Source of the DNA: an uncultured Enterobacteriaceae bacterium
GTDB lineage: Bacteria > Pseudomonadota > Gammaproteobacteria > Burkholderiales > SG8-39
Assembly: GCA_964543155.1 (NCBI GenBank)
Contig: CAZIXQ010000002.1
Location: 1-48,549, forward strand
DNA length: 48,549 nt
Reading direction: 5' to 3'
The position numbers and the translations under genes were made by a program. Numbering within the stretch: position 1 is the first letter of the stretch; each line of letters starts with the position of its first letter. Below are positions 16,344-24,646 of the stretch, in pieces. The notes under the pieces were generated by a model. That model searched no databases. It was not told the DNA's origin and worked only from the letters and a program-made list of their open reading frames with translations.

Positions 16344-18746
16344 ATGAGCGAGATCACCAAGCTCGGAAAATTCCAGGTCCGCCGCGAGCTCGGCAAGGGC
16401 GCGATGGGGATCGTCTACGAGGGCCACGACCCGATGATCGACCGGGTCGTGGCGCTGAAGACGATCCGCGCCGAGAACCTGCAGGGCGAGGACGCGCAGG
16501 AGCAGCTGGCGCGCTTCCGCCGCGAGGCCCAGGCGGCCGGCCGGCTCACCCACCCGAACATCGTCGGGATCTACGACTTCGGCGAGGACGCCGGGACCTA
16601 TTACATCGCGATGGAGTTCGTGAAGGGCCGCGAGCTCCAGAGCTACCTGGAGGCAAACGAGCGCTTCGCGCTGCACGACATCGTGCGCATCATGGGCCAG
16701 CTGCTCGAGGCGCTCGACTACTCGCACCGGCAGGGCGTCGTGCATCGCGACATCAAGCCCTCCAACATCATCATCCTCGGCGACGGGACCGCAAAGGTCG
16801 CCGACTTCGGGATCGCGCGGCTGGAGTCGTCGAACCTCACGCAGGCCGGCATGGTGCTCGGCACGCCGAGCTACATGTCGCCCGAGCAGTTCATGGGCCA
16901 GACGGTCGACGGGCGCTCGGACATCTTCTCGGCGGGCGTGATCCTCTACCAGATGCTGACCGGCGAGAAGCCGTTCACCGGTTCGCTCACCACGATCATG
17001 CACAAGGTGCTGCAGGAGGAGCCGCTCCCGCCGTCCAAGCTCAACGTGCAGGTGCCGCGCGGCTTCGACGCGGTGATCCGCAAGGCGCTCGCGAAGCGCC
17101 CGGACGAGCGCTACCAGACCGCGCGCGAGTTCCTCGACGCGGTCCGGCAGGCGGCCACCCAGACCGCGGCGGCCGCCGAGCCGACAATGATCAATCTCGA
17201 CGCGACACTCCCGCCGGGCCATGCAACCGTCGTGCAGAAGCCCGCGCCAGCGGCGACCGAGCGCACGCAGCGCACCGAGCGAATCGCTCCTGCGCCCGCC
17301 GCAACCGTGACGCCGCCCGCCCGCAAGTCGCAGTTCCCGGCGGCCGTGCTCGCGGGCGCCGTGGTCGTGATCGGGGCGGCGGTTGCCGGCGGCTGGTTCA
17401 TGCTGAATCGCGGCGGCGACCGCCCATCGCCGGTCGCCTCACCGCCGAGCGCCACCCCTGCTGCGGCGGCGCAGCCGAGTGCCGCCGCCGCGACGCCTGC
17501 AGCCGCGCCCGCGCCGGCGGCCCCTGCACCTGTGTCAGCGGCGAAGCCGGCCGTCCAGACCGCGCCCGGCACGATCCTCGTCTCCGCGCTCGGCCTCGCC
17601 GACCCCACCGACCCGCGCTACCAGGGCAACCAGGCCGCGCTCGCCGCCGATCTGCGCGCCGACTCGCACGCCCAGGCGGTGGAGAAGGCGATCGGGCTCT
17701 ACCTGCAGCAGCCGTCGCTCTCGCAGCACTACGACCGGCTGCGCGAGAAGCTGCTCGCGCGGAGCGGCGACTACATCTCGACCGTGGTCCAGGAGTCGGA
17801 GCCGAAACTCGGCAAGGACGGGCTCGCGTATCTCACCACGCAGGCGGTCGTGAAGACGCGCGAGGTGCAGAAGTCGCTGAACGAGATGTCGCGCGACGAT
17901 CGCATCAGCTTCATCCGCAACAACGGCGACCCGAAGGTCGCCGTGCGGGTGACCACGCGCGACGCGGACCGCGCGGACGCGCCCGCGCAGGCCTCGCCGA
18001 TCGCGGAGAACCTGCTCAAGGAGCGCATCAAGTCGTTCGGCTTCCGCACCTGGTCCGAGGAAGGCGGCGCGGACAAGACCGCGGACTTCCTGGTCTCGGG
18101 CGAGGCGCGCATCAAGCGGCTGTCGGCGAAGCTCCAGGCATCCGGCCTCACGATCACCAAGTACACCCTCACATCCTGGACGGTGAAGGCCACCGACCGG
18201 GCCACCGGCGAGGAGATCTACTTCAACAACACGCTGCCCAAGAACGTCGGCAGCTGGGCGACGGAGGAGGAGGCGCTGGCGGCGATCGGCACCAAGATCG
18301 CCGAGGAGTTCAACCGGGACTTCTTCCTCCAGCACTTCGGCATGACCGGGCAGAAGGTGGTGCTGAAGGTGACCGGGCTCGACGACCCGGGGTCGGCAGA
18401 GTTGCTCGGCCGCGAGCTGATCGGGCTCGCTTCCGTGGTGTCGAGCACGCCGCGGCCGGGCGCATCGCCACGGGCCTACGACGTGGTGCTGGCCGGAAGC
18501 GGCCTCGCCCAGGACATCGTCGCGAACGGCATCCTCAAGCCGCTCAATGCCAAGCTCGGCGCGGCGTGCTTCACGCTTGGCGCGAGCACCGGCGAAGAGG
18601 TGAACGTGGCGCTCGCGCCGACCTGCGACAAGTCGGTGATGAGCCGGCTCGAGACCGCGCCGCCGGCGGGGCTCTACGCGGCACCGCAGTCGCGCCAGCG
18701 CTCGGTGGTGAAGAACCCCGAGACGCTGAAAAAGATAATGATCTAG
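16344..18746 (+). CDS. Transmembrane Hanks-type Ser/Thr protein kinase with a large periplasmic C-terminal region
   Basis: Kinase motifs are GKGAMGIVYEG, VALK, HRDIKPSNIII, VADFGIAR and YMSPEQ. A single TM (FPAAVLAGAVVVIGAAVAGGWFML) spans about nt 17334-17405. An Ala/Pro linker and a ~445-aa extracytoplasmic region follow. Confidence 0.92.
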   Translation: MSEITKLGKFQVRRELGKGAMGIVYEGHDPMIDRVVALKTIRAENLQGEDAQEQLARFRREAQAAGRLTHPNIVGIYDFGEDAGTYYIAMEFVKGRELQSYLEANERFALHDIVRIMGQLLEALDYSHRQGVVHRDIKPSNIIILGDGTAKVADFGIARLESSNLTQAGMVLGTPSYMSPEQFMGQTVDGRSDIFSAGVILYQMLTGEKPFTGSLTTIMHKVLQEEPLPPSKLNVQVPRGFDAVIRKALAKRPDERYQTAREFLDAVRQAATQTAAAAEPTMINLDATLPPGHATVVQKPAPAATERTQRTERIAPAPAATVTPPARKSQFPAAVLAGAVVVIGAAVAGGWFMLNRGGDRPSPVASPPSATPAAAAQPSAAAATPAAAPAPAAPAPVSAAKPAVQTAPGTILVSALGLADPTDPRYQGNQAALAADLRADSHAQAVEKAIGLYLQQPSLSQHYDRLREKLLARSGDYISTVVQESEPKLGKDGLAYLTTQAVVKTREVQKSLNEMSRDDRISFIRNNGDPKVAVRVTTRDADRADAPAQASPIAENLLKERIKSFGFRTWSEEGGADKTADFLVSGEARIKRLSAKLQASGLTITKYTLTSWTVKATDRATGEEIYFNNTLPKNVGSWATEEEALAAIGTKIAEEFNRDFFLQHFGMTGQKVVLKVTGLDDPGSAELLGRELIGLASVVSSTPRPGASPRAYDVVLAGSGLAQDIVANGILKPLNAKLGAACFTLGASTGEEVNVALAPTCDKSVMSRLETAPPAGLYAAPQSRQRSVVKNPETLKKIMI

Positions 18747-18837
18747 GACCGCGCGGCTGCCGAAGGACGGGGCGCCGCATCGCGAACCCGCGCGTCGCCC
18801 TGCAACAACGCGGCACCCGGGCGCCGCGCCGACCCCC

Positions 18838-19743
18838 TCAGGCCGACCTCGGCCGGTACTCGCAGACGAACTGCACGAGCTCCGCGCCGGGGTCGGACGC
18901 GGAGTGCCCGAAGCTCAGCGTGCCGCGACCGCGCAGCATCGCCTGGTCGCGGCGCAGGACCGTCTCGACGTCGCCCTCGATCGTGATGTACGTCCCGTTG
19001 GTGCTGAGGTCGACGTAGTAGAACTTGTCCCCGCGGCGCTCGATGCGGCCGTGCAGCCGGGAGGCCATCTTGTCGCTGATCGGGATCTGGTGCGCCACGT
19101 CGCGCCCGATCTGGACGCTCGCCAGATCGCCGTCCATCAGCAGCGTGCGCCCGCCGTGGGCGAGGCGCAGCACCGCCTCGGTGGAGGCCTGGGCGCCTTT
19201 CGAGGCGAGCATCGTGACGTCCTCGCCGCTCTGCCACAGGACCTCGCACACCTGCACCTCGGCCTGCTTGCCCTTGACCGCGAGCGCCGCGACCTCGCGC
19301 GTGCCCTCGCGCAGGAGCGGCGACACGCTCGCCACGGTCGCGGCGGTCGTGATGATCTGCCCGCCCTTCGCCAGCCCGGCCATGCGCGCGGCGGTGTTGA
19401 CCGCGTCGCCGAAGTAGTCGCCGTTCTCCTCGAGCGCCGGGCCGTAGTGGAACCCGACGCGGATCGCGAGGCGCGCGTCCGCGAAGGTCGGGAGCGCCGC
19501 AACCCGGGTCTGCATGTCGCTCGCCGCCTGCAGCGCGCTGTCCGCGTCCTTGAAGACCGCCATCACCTCGTCGCCGATGGTCTTCACGACGCGGCCGTGG
19601 TAGGTGGCCACCGCTCGGCGCAGGAGATCGAGCACCTGCTCGACCGCGCGCAGCGCCTGCCGGTCGCCGAGCCGCTCGTACAGCGTCGTGCTGCCGCTCA
19701 CGTCGGCAAAGAGAATGGCAACGGGGCGCGAGCTCGAGGTCAT
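18838..19743 (-). CDS. Class III adenylate/guanylate cyclase domain fused to a C-terminal FHA domain
   Basis: Cyclase motifs are AILFADVSGST, VKTIGDEVMAVF and GDYFGDAVNTAARM. FHA motifs are VQIGRD...ASRLHGRIE...YYVDLSTNGTYI. The gene is convergent with the kinase gene, with 91 nt between the stops. Confidence 0.9.
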   Translation of the reverse strand: MTSSSRPVAILFADVSGSTTLYERLGDRQALRAVEQVLDLLRRAVATYHGRVVKTIGDEVMAVFKDADSALQAASDMQTRVAALPTFADARLAIRVGFHYGPALEENGDYFGDAVNTAARMAGLAKGGQIITTAATVASVSPLLREGTREVAALAVKGKQAEVQVCEVLWQSGEDVTMLASKGAQASTEAVLRLAHGGRTLLMDGDLASVQIGRDVAHQIPISDKMASRLHGRIERRGDKFYYVDLSTNGTYITIEGDVETVLRRDQAMLRGRGTLSFGHSASDPGAELVQFVCEYRPRSA

Positions 19744-19812
19744 GCGTCGGGCGGTCGGCTGTTCACCCCTGCGACTATAGGGTAGCGCCCGCCCGCGCGT
19801 CGACCCCCGCGG

Positions 19813-20172
19813 CTAGAAGCCGAGCGAGGCGACCTCGTCCCGCACGGCGAAGTAGCGCCGCGTGAAGTCGATCGCCGCGGCTTCGTCGAAGCGTCGACAG
19901 GTGTAGAGAATCGCCGAGAAGAAGCGCGCGGAGGACCAGACGTACAGCGAGATGCCCGAATCGATCAGCGGGAGGAACGCGTCGTACCCCTGGTTCTCGG
20001 CTTTCCCCTCGCCCCCGGGCGAGAAGATCGTGGCCTCACCGTAGGCGCGCAGGCCGAGGTGCGCGGCGACGCCGTGGAGATAGCGGTCGACCGCGGCGCG
20101 GTCGACCTCGATCGCGTAGTACCCCTCGACCAGCAGCCGCTGGCGCGTGATCTGCGGCGCGAGGTCCTTCAC
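19813..20172 (-). CDS. S-adenosylmethionine decarboxylase (SpeH/class 1 AdoMetDC)-like pyruvoyl-enzyme family protein, divergent
   Basis: In the 119-aa product, GYDAFLPLIDSGISLYVWSSARFFSAILYTC aligns by eye with the SpeH segment [31 protein letters not shown]. It lies 6 nt downstream of the aminotransferase gene. Confidence 0.75.
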   Translation of the reverse strand: MKDLAPQITRQRLLVEGYYAIEVDRAAVDRYLHGVAAHLGLRAYGEATIFSPGGEGKAENQGYDAFLPLIDSGISLYVWSSARFFSAILYTCRRFDEAAAIDFTRRYFAVRDEVASLGF

Positions 20173-20178
20173 CGTCGG

Positions 20179-21702
20179 TCAGGCGGCGACCGGCGCTTTC
20201 GCCTTCTTCAGTTTCTGCTGCGCGGCCTTCTGGTGCATCTGCGCGTAGGCGCTGTGGGCCGCCGCTTCCGCATCCCCGACGTGCACCGGGTAGCCCATGT
20301 CGGAGAGCACCGAACCGAGCGCGGACAGGCAGAGCATCACGTTGTCGGGGCGGCACGAGTAGCCCATGATGCCGAAGCGCCAGATCTTCCCGGCGAGCGG
20401 TCCGAGGCCCGCGCCGATCTCGAGGCTGAACTCGCTGAGCAGGCGCTTGCGGACTTCGGCCTCCTGCACGCCTTCGGGGCAGCGCACCGCGTTCATCTGC
20501 GGGATCTGGTAGGGCTCCTTCACCAGGAACTTGAGCCCCATCGCCTCGAGCCCGGCCTTGAGCGCGACGTGATGGCGGTGATGGCGGGCCCAGCAGTTCT
20601 CGAGGCCCTCCTCGCGGATCAGCAGCAGCGCCTCGTGCAGCGCGAACAGCGAGTTGGTCGGCGCGGTGTGATGGTAGGTGCGCGTCGTTGCGCCCCAGTA
20701 GCCGAGCAGCAGGTTCATGTCCATGAACCAGCTGTGGATCTTGTCCTTGCGCGCCTTGACGTAGTCGACGACGCGCTCGGAGAAGGACACCGGCGAGAGC
20801 CCGGGCGTGCACGACAGGCACTTCTGGCTCGCGGAGTAGATCGCGTCGACGCCCCACTCGTCCACGAGGACCGGGCAGCCGCCGAGCGAGGTGACGGCGT
20901 CGACGATCGCGAGCGCGTCGTACTTGTGCGCGAGCGCCACCAGCGCCTTCGCGTCGGAGAGCGCGCCGGTGGAGGTCTCGGCGTGCACGAACGCGACGAG
21001 GCGCGCGTCGCGGTTCTGCTTGAGCGCGTCCTCGACCTTGTGCGGATCGACCGGCTCGCCCCACTCGTGCTCGACGACGACGGCCTCGCCGCCGCAGCGC
21101 TCGACGTTCTCGATCATGCGTCCGCCGAACACGCCGTTGCGCGCGACGATCACCTTGTCGCCCGGCCGCACCAGGTTGACGAAGCAGTACTCCATCCCCA
21201 CCGAGCCGGGGCCGGACACCGGGAACGTCAGCGGGTTCTTGGTCTGGTAGACGTAGCGGAGCAGGGACTTCAGCTCCTCCATCATCTCCACGAAGACCGG
21301 ATCCAGATAGCCGATCGCGGGCTGGCTCATCGTCGTGAGCACGCGCGGATGGATCTCGGTCGGACCCGGGCCCATCAGCGTGCGCTGCGGAGGATGGAAC
21401 GAGGAGATGCGCTTCGCCGGGGCGTACGGGTTCATGTTGTCAGTTCCTGCAATGGGAGATCCGAATGGGGATTCGTCTTCGCCGCGCGACTTCACCCGGA
21501 TGGGCTTTGCCGCGTAGGCTTCGTTGAGGATGTCGGTCGCCGCGACCTGGCCGCCGGTGAGGTGCTCCACCTCGACCGCCCAGCGCGACGGGATGTAGCC
21601 GGACTTGACCCAGTGGCTGACCACCGCGCGGTCGAGCTTCATCCGGCGGGCGACCTCGGCCTGGCTGCCGAAGATCGAGACGAGGCGCTCGGCGCAGTTC
21701 AT
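20179..21702 (-). CDS. Class V (AGXT/serine-pyruvate type) aminotransferase with an in-frame N-terminal Cro/YdaS-like HTH extension (aminotransferase alone = 20179..21435)
   Basis: The aminotransferase core has LMGPGPTEIHPRVL, AFVHAETSTG and YSASQKCLSCTPG (PLP-binding Lys). The upstream 89 codons in the same frame have no stop and encode MNCAERLVSIFGSQAEVARRMKLDRAVVSHWVKSGYIPSRWAVEVEHLTGG. An internal ATG at 21435 sits behind AGGAA. Confidence 0.7.
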   Translation of the reverse strand: MNCAERLVSIFGSQAEVARRMKLDRAVVSHWVKSGYIPSRWAVEVEHLTGGQVAATDILNEAYAAKPIRVKSRGEDESPFGSPIAGTDNMNPYAPAKRISSFHPPQRTLMGPGPTEIHPRVLTTMSQPAIGYLDPVFVEMMEELKSLLRYVYQTKNPLTFPVSGPGSVGMEYCFVNLVRPGDKVIVARNGVFGGRMIENVERCGGEAVVVEHEWGEPVDPHKVEDALKQNRDARLVAFVHAETSTGALSDAKALVALAHKYDALAIVDAVTSLGGCPVLVDEWGVDAIYSASQKCLSCTPGLSPVSFSERVVDYVKARKDKIHSWFMDMNLLLGYWGATTRTYHHTAPTNSLFALHEALLLIREEGLENCWARHHRHHVALKAGLEAMGLKFLVKEPYQIPQMNAVRCPEGVQEAEVRKRLLSEFSLEIGAGLGPLAGKIWRFGIMGYSCRPDNVMLCLSALGSVLSDMGYPVHVGDAEAAAHSAYAQMHQKAAQQKLKKAKAPVAA

Positions 21703-21748
21703 CGCGCCGAATCTGCCATGACAAACTCAGTTTGACAAGCCTGGATCG

Positions 21749-22639
21749 CTAAGCGTCGGTCGTCGGATCGGGCCGGGTCCCGGAATCCGCTTCCGAATCA
21801 ATCGCCTTGTCCCCATCGAGCGTGGCCACGCCCGTCGCTGTAACCGCCCCGAAATCGAACAACCCGCGATCGAGCAGGTGGGAAGGCACCGCCCGGGTCA
21901 GCGCATTGAAGATCGACTCGATCCGCCCGGGAAAGCGCTTCTCCCAGTCGCGGAGCATCGCCTTGGCCTGGGCACGCTGCAGGGTTTCCTGGGAGCCGCA
22001 CAGGTTGCAGGGAATGATCGGGAAGCGGCGCGCGTCCGCCCAGGCGGCGAGGTCCGCCTCGGCCACGTAGGCGAGCGGGCGGATGACGACGTGATGGCCG
22101 TCGTCGGAGACGAGCTTCGGCGGCATCGCCTTGAGCTTTCCGCCGAAGAAGAGGTTCAGGAAGAACGTCTCCAGGATGTCGTCGCGGTGATGCCCGAGCG
22201 CGATCTTCGTCGCGCCCAGCTCCTTCGCCACGCGGTAGAGGACGCCGCGCCGCAGCCGCGAGCACAGCCCGCACATCGTCTTGCCCTCCGGGACGACGCG
22301 CTTGACGACCGAGTAGGTGTCCTGCCGCTCGATGCGGAACGGGACGCCGAGCCGGCCGAGGTACTCGGGCAGGACGTGCTCGGGATAGCCGGGGTGGCGC
22401 TGGTCGAGGTTCACCGCGACGACCTCGAAGTCGAGCGGCGCGGCGTCGCGGAGCTTGAGCAGGATGTCGAGCAGGCCATAGCTGTCCTTGCCGCCCGACA
22501 GGCACGCCATGACGCGGTCGCCGGCGCGGATCATGTCGAAGTCGGCGATCGCCTGGCCGACCTGGCGGCGCAGCCGCTTCCCGAGCTTGTTGGTCTCGAA
22601 GGCGGCCTTGCGGACCTGCTTTGCAGTCGGGGCGTTCAT
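21749..22639 (-). CDS. ttcA: tRNA 2-thiocytidine(32) synthetase
   Basis: The PP-loop is [14 protein letters not shown], and the Cys clusters are [10 protein letters not shown] and PCNLCGSQ. The 296-aa product is typical of TtcA. Confidence 0.93.
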   Translation of the reverse strand: MNAPTAKQVRKAAFETNKLGKRLRRQVGQAIADFDMIRAGDRVMACLSGGKDSYGLLDILLKLRDAAPLDFEVVAVNLDQRHPGYPEHVLPEYLGRLGVPFRIERQDTYSVVKRVVPEGKTMCGLCSRLRRGVLYRVAKELGATKIALGHHRDDILETFFLNLFFGGKLKAMPPKLVSDDGHHVVIRPLAYVAEADLAAWADARRFPIIPCNLCGSQETLQRAQAKAMLRDWEKRFPGRIESIFNALTRAVPSHLLDRGLFDFGAVTATGVATLDGDKAIDSEADSGTRPDPTTDA

Positions 22640-22643
22640 GGCG

Positions 22644-23396
22644 TCAGAGATTCACGCTCCGCCCGCCGTCCACCGCGATGATCTGGCCAGTCACGTAAGG
22701 CGCGTCAACCACCAGGTAGTGGACCGCGGCGGCCACGTCCTCCGGCTCGCCGGCGCGCTTGAGCAGCGTGTGCGAGATCACCCGCTGCCGCGCCAGCTCG
22801 TCGAAGGAGTCGTCCTCGGGCCAGAGCACCGGGCCGGGCGCCACGCCGTTCACGCGCACCTCCGGCCCCAGCTCGCGCGCGAGTGAGCGGGTGAGCGCCG
22901 CCAGGCCGGCCTTCGCAACGCTGTACACGACGTAGTTCTTGAGCGGGCGGTCGGCGTGGATGTCGGTGATGTTGACGATGCAGCCGCCGTTCTTCTTCAG
23001 GTGCGGCGCCGCGGCCTGCGCGATCAGGAGCGGCGCGCGCAGGTTCGTGCCCATGAGGTCGTCCCAATCGGAGAGCTTGATCTCGCCGAGCGGCGTCGGA
23101 TGGAAGCTCGAGGCGTTGTTCACCAGCGCGTCGAGGCGCCCGAAGCGCGTGACGGCGGTGCGGACGAGCTCCGGCAGCTCCGCCGCGTTGAGCAGATTCG
23201 CCTGCACCGTCGCCACGGAGTTCGCGCGCGCCGCGTTCAGCGCTGCGGCGAGCTGCTGCGCCTCGGCCTTCGCCGAGTGGTGATGCAGCACGATCGTCGC
23301 GCCTGCCGCGTGCAGCCGGCGCGAGATCGCCGCACCGACGCGCTTCGCGCCGCCGGTGACGAGCACCACCTTTCCGCTGAGCGCCAGCTCCGTCAT
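22644..23396 (-). CDS. Short-chain dehydrogenase/reductase, pteridine reductase (FolM/PTR1)-like
   Basis: The cofactor motif is [14 protein letters not shown]. The catalytic YSVAK and NNAS motifs and an overall similarity to pteridine reductases are present. Confidence 0.85.
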   Translation of the reverse strand: MTELALSGKVVLVTGGAKRVGAAISRRLHAAGATIVLHHHSAKAEAQQLAAALNAARANSVATVQANLLNAAELPELVRTAVTRFGRLDALVNNASSFHPTPLGEIKLSDWDDLMGTNLRAPLLIAQAAAPHLKKNGGCIVNITDIHADRPLKNYVVYSVAKAGLAALTRSLARELGPEVRVNGVAPGPVLWPEDDSFDELARQRVISHTLLKRAGEPEDVAAAVHYLVVDAPYVTGQIIAVDGGRSVNL

Positions 23397-23488
23397 GGGT
23401 CGACCGCGCCAAGCGCGGGCTCGAGGACGACATTGCGGATTCTAGCGGATGCGCGCACCATGACCGCCCCGCGCCGCATGCCTCCAGC

Positions 23489-24646
23489 ATGATCGACCTG
23501 CCCCGCCCCGCCCCGGACGCCGCTGCGCACAGCGCGCGCGTGGCGACCCACATCCGCGACGAGATCGAACGCGCAGGCGGCTGGATCTCCTTCGCGCGGT
23601 ACATGGCGCTCGCGCTCTACGCACCGGGCCTCGGCTACTACATGGCCGGGGCGCGCAAGCTCGGGCCGGACGGGGACTTCGTGACCGCCCCCGAGCTCGG
23701 ACCGCTCTTCGGCCACACCGTCGCGCGCCAGGTCGCGCAGGGCCTGGAGGCCGCCGCCGGCGGCGACGTCCTGGAGATCGGCGCGGGCAGCGGTGCACTG
23801 GCGGCCTCGGTGCTCGAGGCGCTCGAGCAGGCCGATCGGCTTCCGGCGAACTACCTCATCCTCGAGCTCTCGCCGGAGCTGCGCGCGCGCAGCCGCGACA
23901 CGCTCGCCGTGCGCGTTCCCCATCTGCTCGAGCGCGTCGCGTGGCTGAACGGCCTGCCACCGGCGCTCACCGGCGTCGTGCTCGGCAACGAAGTGCTCGA
24001 CGCGATGCCGGTGCACGTCGTGCGGTCGCATGCGGGCGCGATCGAGGAGGCCGGGGTCACGCTCGCATCCGACGGCGTCCGGTTCGAGTGGGCGCACCGC
24101 CCTGCACCCGCCGAGGTCGCCGACGCCGCGCGCGCGCTCGAACTTCCCGACGGCTACACGACCGAGATCGGGCTCGTCGCGCTCGGGTTCGTCGCCAGCG
24201 TCGGAGCAATGCTCGAGCGCGGCCTGGCACTGTTCATCGACTACGGCTTCCCGCGCGCCGAGTACTACCACCCGCAGCGACGCAGCGGCACGCTGATGTG
24301 CCACTACCGCCACCGCGCGCACGGCGACCCGTTCTTCCTGCCGGGCCTCCAGGACATCACCGCGCACGTCGACTTCACGGGGATCGCCGGGGCGGCGCAC
24401 GGCGCGGGCGCGGATGTGCTCGGCTACGCGACGCAGGCGCAGTTCCTGATCAATTGCGGGCTGACCGACGTGGTGGGGCGCGTGCCGCCGGAGGACACGC
24501 GTCGCTACGCGCCTCTGGCCGGCACCGCGAACCGCCTCACCAGTCCCGCCGAGATGGGCGAGCTCTTCAAGGCGATCGCCTTCGGACGCGGCATCGACGC
24601 GCCGCTCGTCGGGTTTCGCGCCGGCGACCGGCGGCACACGCTCTAG
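23489..24646 (+). CDS. SAM-dependent methyltransferase, MidA/NDUFAF7 (DUF185) family
   Basis: [17 protein letters not shown]...[13 protein letters not shown]...[12 protein letters not shown]...[11 protein letters not shown]...DITAHVDFT is characteristic of the MidA family. Confidence 0.88.
   Translation: MIDLPRPAPDAAAHSARVATHIRDEIERAGGWISFARYMALALYAPGLGYYMAGARKLGPDGDFVTAPELGPLFGHTVARQVAQGLEAAAGGDVLEIGAGSGALAASVLEALEQADRLPANYLILELSPELRARSRDTLAVRVPHLLERVAWLNGLPPALTGVVLGNEVLDAMPVHVVRSHAGAIEEAGVTLASDGVRFEWAHRPAPAEVADAARALELPDGYTTEIGLVALGFVASVGAMLERGLALFIDYGFPRAEYYHPQRRSGTLMCHYRHRAHGDPFFLPGLQDITAHVDFTGIAGAAHGAGADVLGYATQAQFLINCGLTDVVGRVPPEDTRRYAPLAGTANRLTSPAEMGELFKAIAFGRGIDAPLVGFRAGDRRHTL

Noticed and set aside
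14514-19018. The very long ORFs 14514..17222 (minus, 902 aa) and 15539..19018 (plus, 1159 aa) across the kinase operon.
   Set aside because: They overlap three or four genes that have clear motifs, signal peptides and SD sequences in other frames. Their translations are low-complexity Arg/Gly/Asp/Pro strings.
20179-21702. The YdaS/Cro-like HTH as the antitoxin of a toxin-antitoxin pair.
   Set aside because: No small toxin-like ORF is adjacent. The downstream sequence in the same frame is a metabolic aminotransferase, so it is treated as a fusion oddity instead.
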